Shown in pieces: positions 54,447 through 64,000 of a DNA stretch of 64,000 nucleotides. Origin of the DNA: Eledone cirrhosa (Eukaryota); the NCBI GenBank assembly GCA_964016885.1, contig OZ024742.1:198648001-198712000 (forward strand), written 5' to 3'. A program made the translations under genes and the position numbers. Under the pieces are notes generated by a model. It was not told the origin of the DNA. It did not search any database and saw nothing but the letters and a program-made list of their open reading frames with translations. Position 1 is the first letter of the stretch. Each line of letters begins with the position of its first letter.

Positions 54447-55271
54447 ATATATATATATATATAACCTATGCTAGCGTGATGGAAGATAGACCTTAAACAA
54501 TGATGATGATATATATATATATATATACACACACATACACATATATATATACACACACACACACACGCACATATCTATAAACTGGTAGTGCCAGGGCCAT
54601 GAAAAAAGCACGCAGTCCACCCAATCATGTGGTAATGCTGGTGTCACAAGAAAACACTTTGTAGAAACCATGAAGTTGGCATCCAACCATAGAAACCATG
54701 CCAAAATGGAATGTATGAACAATACACAGTCATCTAACCTGTCTGGTTTCAGAGAGTGAAAACCCATCTAACCCATGGAAGCATGGGAGATAAACATAAA
54801 ACAGTGGTAATGATGATACTTACACATATATATATATATATATCATCATCATTTCATTTTACGTCCACTTTTTCCCTGCTTGCAAGGGTGGGACGGGAAC
54901 TGATGCTGGCTTGATTTCTACAGCTGGATGCCCTTCCTAACACCAACCTCATTTACAGTGAGTGCTGGGTGCTTTTTTGCCGTGGCACCTCCACGACCAC
55001 TTTGCAGTGGAATGATATGGACCCCAGTCCCTATCATCTCATTTCTACAGCTGAGTAAACTGGAGCAATGTGAAATAAAGTGTCTTGCTCAAGGAAACAA
55101 CACATCACCCGGTCTGAGAATTGAACTCACAACCTTTCGATTGCAGAATGAAAAAATCCTGGTGGATTTTAAAAAATCCCAGTGGATTTTAAAAAACAAA
55201 AATACAATCTATATGATATAGATTATATTTTCATTTTTTTAAATCCACTGTCAATAAATACACCTGGATTT

Positions 55272-55332
55272 TTTCATTCTGATGACTGAAAGCAAATTTT
55301 GTTTGCTTTCAAGAAACCACTGGTAAATGAAA
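55272..55332 (+). ncRNA. Type I hammerhead ribozyme with GUA site
   Basis: tttcatt-CTGATGA-c-tgaaagcaaa(ttttg)tttgctttca-a-GAAAC-cactg-GTA-aatgaaa. Perfect 7-bp stem I and 10-bp stem II. Confidence 0.85.
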
Positions 55333-56051
55333 TAATTATCTTATGTTGTTTATTACATAACTATATATATATATATACATACACATACACACACATATGC
55401 ATATTCACACATATATAGATATATATACACACATATTCACATATATAGATATAGATATATATACACATATTCACATATATAGATATACACATATATAGAT
55501 ATACATACATACTCACATATATAGAGAGAGAGATATACATATATATATATGTATATATATATTCACACATATATAGATATATATACACATATTCACATAT
55601 ATAGATATACATATTCACATATATAGATATAGATATACATATATATAGATATATAGATATATACATACTCACATATATAGAGAGATCATCATCATCATCA
55701 TTTCATTTTACGTCCGTTTTTTCCTTGCTTGCAAGGGTGGGACGGGAACTGATTCTGGCTTGATTTCTACAGCTGGATGCCCTTCCTAACACCAACCTCA
55801 TTTACTGTGAGTGCTGGGTGCTTTTTTGCCGTGGCACCTGCACAACCACTTTGCAGTGGAATGATATGGACCCAGTCCCTATCATCTCATTTCTACAGCT
55901 GAGTAAACTGGAGCAATGTGAAATAAAGTGTCTTGCTCGAGGAAACAACACATCACCCAGTCTGAGAATTGAACTCACAACCTTTCGATTGCAAGGCCAA
56001 TGCTCTAACCACTAAGCCATGTGCCTCACATATATATACACACACACACAC

Positions 56052-56166
<115 letters not shown>

Positions 56167-56197
56167 ACACGGGTGTGTATGATTGTGTATAGAAGAT

Positions 56198-56579
56198 TAT
56201 ATTAATAAGAGGAATTCCAACCTTGTCTGATTTACTCGTTTTATTTAAAATCCTTTAAAATTTATAATGGTATTATAATGAAATAGTATGGTAGAATATT
56301 AAATTCTAAGCGTTAATTGAACAAGTACTTTCATGCTTTCGAAATCTTCAGGTTCATAATATGTGGTGACAGTCAAGTTTGCAATTTTCACAGTTGAAAA
56401 TTGCAAACTTGACTGTAACCACATATTATGAACCTGAAGATTGCGAAAGCATGAAAGTACTTGTTCAATTAACACTTAGAATTTAATATTCTACCATACT
56501 ATTTCATTATAATACCATTATAAATTTTAAAGGATTTTAAATAAAACGAGTAAATCAGATAAAGTTGGAATTCCTCTTA

Positions 56580-56587
<8 letters not shown>
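56198..56587. mobile_element. ~390-bp near-perfect palindrome with an HHR on each arm
   Basis: Arms around a 4-nt loop (56391-56394) with few mismatches; ends in (TA)n. Confidence 0.9.
56429..56467 (+). ncRNA. Minimal type I HHR (antisense twin at 56318-56356)
   Basis: tgaac-CTGAAGA-t-tgc(gaaa)gca-t-GAAA-gtac-TT-gttca. Confidence 0.7.
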
Positions 56588-56631
<44 letters not shown>

Positions 56632-56799
56632 TTCACAGATTTATAGATATACATATATACACACATTCACATATATATAGATATACATATATACACACAT
56701 TCATATATATATATAGAGAGATATACATTCAAGTGGGACAACTCCCGTCTAACCCATGCTAGCGTGGAAATGGACGTTAAACGATGATGATGGCAGATA

Positions 56800-58003
56800 T
56801 TCACATATATATATATATATATTTACACACATTCACACATATATATATACATATATACACACATTCAAACACATATATATATATACATATATACACACAT
56901 TCATACATATACATATATACACACATTCACATATATATATACATACATATTTACACACATTCACATATATATATATACATACATATTTACACACATTCAC
57001 ACATATATATACACACATTCACACATATATATATACATATATACACACATTCACACATATATATATATACTTATATACACACATTCACACATATATATAT
57101 ACTTATATACACACATTCACACATATATATATACATATATACACACATTCACATATATATATACATATATACACACATTCACACATATATATATACTTAT
57201 ATACACACATTCACACATATATATATACTTATATACACACATTCACACATATATATATATACATATATACACACATTCATATATATATATACATATATAC
57301 ACACATTCACATATATATATACATATATACACACATTCACACATATATATACATATATACACACATTCACACATATATATATATACTTATATACACACAT
57401 TCACACATATATATATATATACATATATACACACATTCACACATATATATATACATATATACACACATTCATATATATATATACATATATACACACATTC
57501 ACATATATATATATACATATATACACACATTCACACATATATATATACTTATATACACACATTCACATATATATATACTTATATACACACATTAACACAT
57601 ATATATATACTTATATACACACATTCACACATATATATATATACTTATATACACACATTCACACATATATATATATACTTATATACACACATTCACACAT
57701 ATATATATACTTATATACACACATTCACATATATATATACATATATACACACATTCACATATATATATACATATATACACACATTCACATATATATATAC
57801 ATATATACACACATTCACATATATATATACATATATACACACATTCACATATATATATACATATATACACACATTCACACATATATATATACTTATATAC
57901 ACACATTCACACATATATACTTATATACACACATTCACACATATATATATACTTATATACACACATTCACACATATATATCTATATACATATATACACAC
58001 ATT

Positions 58004-58060
<57 letters not shown>
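56800..58060. repeat. Compound TA/CA minisatellite
   Basis: (atatacacacattcacacatatatatatac)n variants. Confidence 0.95.
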
Positions 58061-58061
<1 letters not shown>

Positions 58062-58456
58062 CATTCATATACATATATTTATAGATAGATAGATAGATAG
58101 ATAGATATACATATATACACATATTCACATATCTATAGATATACGTATATATACACACACACATGAAACATCACTATCTCTCTCCCCGCTCCCATCAGGC
58201 CCTCATCTCCACACAGTTTTCACGAGGTTAACAACAATCCCATTCTTCATACACAACAAAGACACAAATAAAAATGGTCTTTTATCATTTCTTCTTTATG
58301 ACACTCCTATTTCTTCTTGCTGTTCTCGAAGTCATGTCATTGTAGTTTTAATTATAATCAAGCTATGTGATACACTTGTGGCTGTCGTTAACACTTTACA
58401 GGGGAACTGTTGGGAGAAAGTGATAATTCAACATAGGTACAGACATAGCCATGTTG

Positions 58457-58682
58457 TTAACCCTTTAGTATTTACATTACTCTATATTTACTACTATGTT
58501 TTCATAGTAAAGGCTTTACCTCACATAATTATCTCACATAATATCAAATCTATGAGATCCTGATATTTATTTTGAGAATAATATCTTAACAGAAGTACAG
58601 GTGACTGGTTACAGCCAGTTTGAACAGAAAGAGCTGAGAGAATTCTGGCCAGATACGACTGGTTTAAATGCTAAAGGGTTAA
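58457..58682. mobile_element. TTAA-ended piggyBac-like MITE, second family
   Basis: ttaaccctttagtattta / taaatgctaaagggttaa, 18-bp inverted termini with one mismatch. Confidence 0.8.
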
Positions 58683-59224
58683 GGAGTTCGCTTCATAACC
58701 ATGCACTTCAAGTTCAGTACAACTGAATAACACATTTGGAAAGTGTCTACTACACCCTTCGGTTGACTAATGACTTGACAGTCAAATTTGGTAGAGGGAA
58801 TGTGTGGAATCTCGTTATATGTATATACCATGTATATGTATATGGTCGTGTAGGCATCACAGCTAAAAGCACCCAGCATTCACTGTAAATGAGGCTGGTG
58901 CTAGGAAGGGCATCAAGCCAGAAATCGGTTTTGTATGAGCAAGACATGGCCACCTGACCTAGCATTGCTCACAACAGGATAACTCATTTAACCCATGGCA
59001 ACATGCAAAAATGGACATTAAATGATGATGATGATGATTGTGTGTGTATGTGTGTGTGCGTGTGTGTGGTTGTATACATGCTTCGTAACTGAGCACTTTG
59101 ACAAAAAAAGATTGATAATATAAGTACCAGATTTGTAAACTCTAAATACTGAGGTCAATATGATTAACTAAATCTCTTTAAGGTGATGTCTAAGCATAAC
59201 CTCAGCTAAAAGAGTAAATGCACA

Positions 59225-59465
59225 TTAACCCTTTAGATACCAACCCGGCCAAAACCAGCTCTGGTTCTATGAAATAAAACTACCCATTTTAAAGGTTTCC
59301 AGCTTAAATAAGAAATCTTCCAACATAATTTTATATTAGAACCTTACATTAAGTTACTATTTTAGTAATAAAATAATTAATCATTTTATTAAGTGCCTCA
59401 AAATTCTCCATTAATTAATTAAAATGGAGGGTATTTCATTAGAAATTCAGTCATGAAAGGGTTAA
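59225..59465. mobile_element. TTAA-ended piggyBac-like MITE
   Basis: ttaacccttt...aaagggttaa; reverse orientation relative to the 8641 copy. Confidence 0.75.
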
Positions 59466-60897
59466 AGAAAACTATAAAAGTAACCATTAACTGATATCCT
59501 TACCATCTTATCTCTTGCATGACATTAGGTGGTGCCAGTGAACAAAATTACTGATGCGTTACCCTGGAGAATAGTCAGGGAAATATGCTAAAAGGATTGG
59601 ATTGTTCTTGAGGATAGCCATCTCCATCCTGAATACAATGGGTTGAGAGGTGATTCAGGGACCAGACACGATATTTCCATCAAAGTTGATTTAGGTGGGA
59701 TTTGAACCCAGAACATAAAGGGCCATAATTAAATACTGTAAAAGCATTCTGTTGAATGATCTAACATTTCTGCCCTGTTGATAAAATAAAATACCAGTAA
59801 AGTACTAGGGTTGATTGGATTGATTTTTCCCTACCTGAAATTGCTGACATTGTGCCTAATTTAGAAAACATTATTACCATGATGATATAAACAAAGACAA
59901 AATCTTTAGATTCTGTTGTGACACCTTTCTGGCAGACAGTATCCAATTCAATTTCAGGCTTTGTTTAACCTTTTTGTCATCATCATTTGTCATGTCTTCT
60001 CTGCTAGCAAGGGTTCAATAGGTCTTCACAGATAAAATAAGAGCTCAAGCAGGGCTCCTGATGTCTCAGATGGGCCAAGGGCCTGCATCATGCATACATA
60101 TGTTCCTGTGCTTCAAGTGTATTTTATCATGGCACCAGCACTAGGGGGGTTGTCAGGTTTTTGACATAACTGAAGAATCCTTCTAATTCTTTGCAAAGCT
60201 ATCTATGGTTGAATGCCCTTCCTATCACCAACCACTTTACAGAGTGTACCGGGTGCATTTATTATGGAAATCACCAACACTAGGGAGGTTGTCATGTCTT
60301 TGATACAACTGAAGAGTCCTTTTAATGATAAAAAAATTCTGAGTTTTTAAGAGGGTGACACAAGAAAAAACACCCAGTCCACACAGTAAGGTAATCGTGC
60401 TGGTGACAACAAAAAGCACTCAGTCCACCCTGTAAGGTGGTCATGCAGGTGACATGATAAAAGACACCCATTCCACAGTGGAACATGGTTGGTGTTAAGA
60501 AGGGCATCCAGCCATAGCAACCAAGCCAAAATACAGCTCCATATGAGCATGACATGGTCTCTGGATTTGACTTCTCTCATAACATGACAACCCATCAAAC
60601 CCATGCAAGCATGGAAAATAGATGTTAAATAATGATGATGATGATGATGATAATGATGGAAATAATCAAGAATTTGGAGGGATTTAGTAACATAATAAAT
60701 CAACATAGAGTATAAAGGACTCCCTAGTCTTGTTGAGGACATGACAACCTTTCTAATGCCAGCTCCGCCATAATTTACACCTAGTACACAGTATACAGTG
60801 GTTGGTAATCAAACACAGACAACAGTGTAGAGATGACTCTTTAGTCTTGCTAAGTCCATGACAAACTCTCTGTGCTTGAATAATTAAGTGTCTAAAT

Positions 60898-61159
60898 TTA
60901 ACCCTTTCATTATTATATTTCTAATAGAAGACAGACACAGCCTATAATTTTCACATAATTTTGAAAATAAGAATTTGGAGAAGATTTATTAATATAACTT
61001 ACTCATTATTAAGATTACTGTTTGGAACATGACTTAACAAAGGTTCTTACATAAAATTATGATGGAAGATTTTTAGATAAATATAAACAATTTTGAATAA
61101 ACAATTATGAATCATGGAACCAGGGGCAGTTTCAGGTGGTTTGATATTAAAAGGCTTAA
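60898..61159. mobile_element. TTAA-ended piggyBac-like MITE
   Basis: ttaaccctttcatt...aaaggcttaa. Further copies at 62051-62276 and in tandem at ~62763-63252. Confidence 0.72.
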
Positions 61160-63947
61160 TCACCAAATGGAGATCAGGGTTGAGTATAACCATGGAGATC
61201 AGGGTTGAATATAACCACAAAAACACAAGCAGAGACTAACATGCATTTGTGAGTAAAAGGCAATCAATATAGTAAACAAACAAATAGAAATGTTAAGTTA
61301 CTATAATGAAAAGAAGGAATATGTAAAGTTTGGGACAACAGCTGTGCTAGCAGCAGTTCATTGACCCTAAAATGTTGTTATTTCTCGTGTGACAGCAAGA
61401 TTGACAGATCTATGGTGGACCTAACACAAAGGTAAAAGACTGAAGAGAAACTTCCTTAGTTATTCAACAATTGTAAGACACTGACTCATAAATACCACTG
61501 TCCCAGTTATCTAACAATAAAGACTCCTATATTAACACAGTCTTATATAAATGACAAACAAATATCACTGTCTCATTTATTTACTGACACAGTCATGACT
61601 GTCTCAGTTATCTAACAACAATAAATCCTCATTAATACAGATTACTTTGTCGCATTATACTGCCCACAAATATCACTGTCACAGTTTTCAACTTTGCATT
61701 TCATCCTTTAGTGGGAATAAAGTATTAGTCTAGGGTGGTAGACTGGTAGAATTGATATTTATTCCAGCCCTTTGCATCGTGAGTTTCAATTCTGCCATGA
61801 CCTACTTGAGTGATAGATTTAATTTGCCATGACCTATTTGGGTGCCTTTAGCAGTGTCTACTCTGATGCAAGCATCAAGACTACACTTATGATTTGAGGA
61901 TACTTTCTTCCCTCACCCCCATTACCCTCAAATGTTGATCTTGGTGTGATTTGAACTCAGAATGCAGAAAACCTGAACAAATACCACAAAACATATAATT
62001 TCATGCTCTAAGTAGGGTAAGAATAAATATGTATTCCAGAGAGAGAGAAGTTAACCCTTTCGTTACCAGATTTCTAACAAAATACACTGTCTATGATTTT
62101 CAAATATTTTGAAAATAATCAAGAATTTGGAGGGATTTTCTTATTATTAAGGTGGCGTTTGGAACATAACAACATAAAGGTTCTTACAAAGAATTATGAT
62201 GGAAAGATTTTAGACACTTTAAAACAAATAGCTGGTTTCATGCAGGGCTGGTTTCATGCAGTATCAAAAGAGTTAAGAGATTTTTCTTCACCCACTTATT
62301 CTTGAGAGGGTTTTGAGGGAAGAGTCCTCAAACACTCCTTCCAGCAGGTCCTGTCAGAAGCAACCATTTCCAACTGATCGAGACTGGACCCCCAAGCGAG
62401 ACCAGCCAAGGTTATGTGTGTGTGTGTGTGACAAAACATCCAGTACACACTGTAAATGTGGTTGGCGTTAGGAAGGGCATTCAGCCGTAGAAAACCAGCC
62501 CAAAACAGTCCTATGTGAGCAAGACACAGTCACCGACCCAGCTTGCCTCAAATGGGACAAACTAGTCTAACCCATGCTAGCATGGAAAGTAGACATTAAA
62601 TGGTGATGATGATGATGATGTATGTACAAACACAATGGGACTCAGCAGTTTCCATTTACCAAATTTTATTCTATTCTATAGTAGAAGACACTAGACCAAG
62701 GTGCCACACAGTAGAAGTGAACCTAAAACCACGTGGTTGTAAAGTAAACAAGCACACAATCATTAATCCTTTCATTACCATATTTCTAATAAAAAAAATA
62801 ATAACACTATGTTTTTCAAATAATTTTGAAAATAATCATGAATTTGGAGAGATTTAGTAACGTAACTAATTTTCTCAATAATAAGCTGGTGCTTGGAATA
62901 TAACAAAAATTTCTTACATAGGATTATAAGTTTTTAAATAAATCTCAACACTTAAAAACAGATTGTTTTGTATTATTGAACCAGAGGCAGTTTCAGGCAG
63001 TTTTGTATCAAAATGGTTTTTCACCCTTTCATGACCTTATTTCTAATGACATTTTTTATTTAATTAATGAAGAATTTAGTGGAATTTACGAAATCAATAT
63101 TTCATTACCAACATAGTATTTATAACATAACAAAAGGTTCTTACATCAAATAATTTTGGAAGGTTTTAATTTAAATATCCCTTTAAAATGGATGGCTTTG
63201 TTTCATATAGAACCAAAGGTGATTTGGGGTGGACTGATATCAAAAGGGCTAATATAATTTTCCATAGAGAGAGATGAATAATAAGTGGAGAGAGATAAAA
63301 GTGATAAAAGAGAGATGAGAGAAAACAAGTTTGAAAAAGGTCAGAAACATGATTAACTTTTTTAAGTAAAAACGTATTTACTTTTTAAAAGTCAACCATT
63401 TCTCAGTCATTGTCTCACAGACAAACAAAATACTTCTTATTTTTTTTGCTTATTGTTGCTTTTTCACACGGGAGGGAGTTGGGGCAGATTTTTTTATTCT
63501 TATGAAGTAGACATTATAAATTTAACAAAACGTATTCTTTTATTCTTTAACTACTTTCAATCATTAAACTGTGGCCATGTTGGGGCACAATCCTGATGCT
63601 ATCAATCCCAATACTTATTCTTTTTCAAGTTTGGTACTTATGTTATCAATCTCTTTTTATCAAACCACTAAAGTATGGGAAATAAACTCTCTCTCATATA
63701 TACATAATATATATACAAATATAAGTAGGAGTGAAGTGTCAAAGAATCATCATTAACCTTCTGGACGCTATAAGTGCATTATGTCGCCAATAGAGTGATT
63801 TCCCCTTAATACATATTGCAGTGTCAAAGGAAACAGTTCATAAAAGTTTCTAGCATCCTAAAGATTAAGTTTATTCAAGTATGACATGCTTTTCACTATA
63901 GATCAGCTCATTCTCAGCCCTCATTCCTAATTATTATTATTATTAAG

Positions 63948-64000
63948 GGCAATGGATTGGCAGTATCGGTAGAGTGTCGAACAACATGCTTTGAAGCATA
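63948..64000 (+). mobile_element. SINE family B head, cut by the window end
   Basis: gggcaatggattggcagtatcggtagagtgtcgaacaacatgc matches the heads at 40012 and 44677. Confidence 0.75.

Noticed and set aside
56756-58088. Long ORFs rich in Y/I/H/T (also at 6068-6475, 12845-14689 and 21777-22795)
   Set aside because: Translations of (TA)n, (CA)n and minisatellite tracts that lack stop codons; not genes.

Overview
AT-rich, repeat-saturated eukaryotic DNA with no host protein-coding gene that I can support; it is probably intronic or intergenic. The SINE/RTE families and very long (TA)n, (CA)n and (GAT)n tracts suggest a coleoid cephalopod such as Octopus (inference). Almost all long ORFs are microsatellite artefacts. 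Genuine coding remnants are retroelements: RTE-clade LINEs (best copy 36984-39183 with YADD and a PHD-like finger), Rex3/Expander-like RTE 3' ends, and a 5'-truncated Penelope-like element (PLE; RT thumb plus GIY-YIG, ~16465-17975). The window also holds several tRNA-derived SINE families, TTAA/TA/8-bp-TSD MITEs, minisatellites and a 496-bp tandem duplication. The main hidden signal is a dense set of sequence-diverse type I hammerhead ribozyme (HHR) motifs. Cores are intact at ~15.8/16.0, 17.7, 43.3, 48.3, 53.7, 55.3 and 56.3/56.4 kb, and decayed or half motifs occur at 5.4, 10.8, 31.2, 47.9 and 54.4 kb. Most lie in 140-390 bp fold-back cassettes in or next to (TA)n tracts, which points to non-autonomous, ribozyme-bearing PLE derivatives. 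All structures were read by eye; no folding or database search was run.
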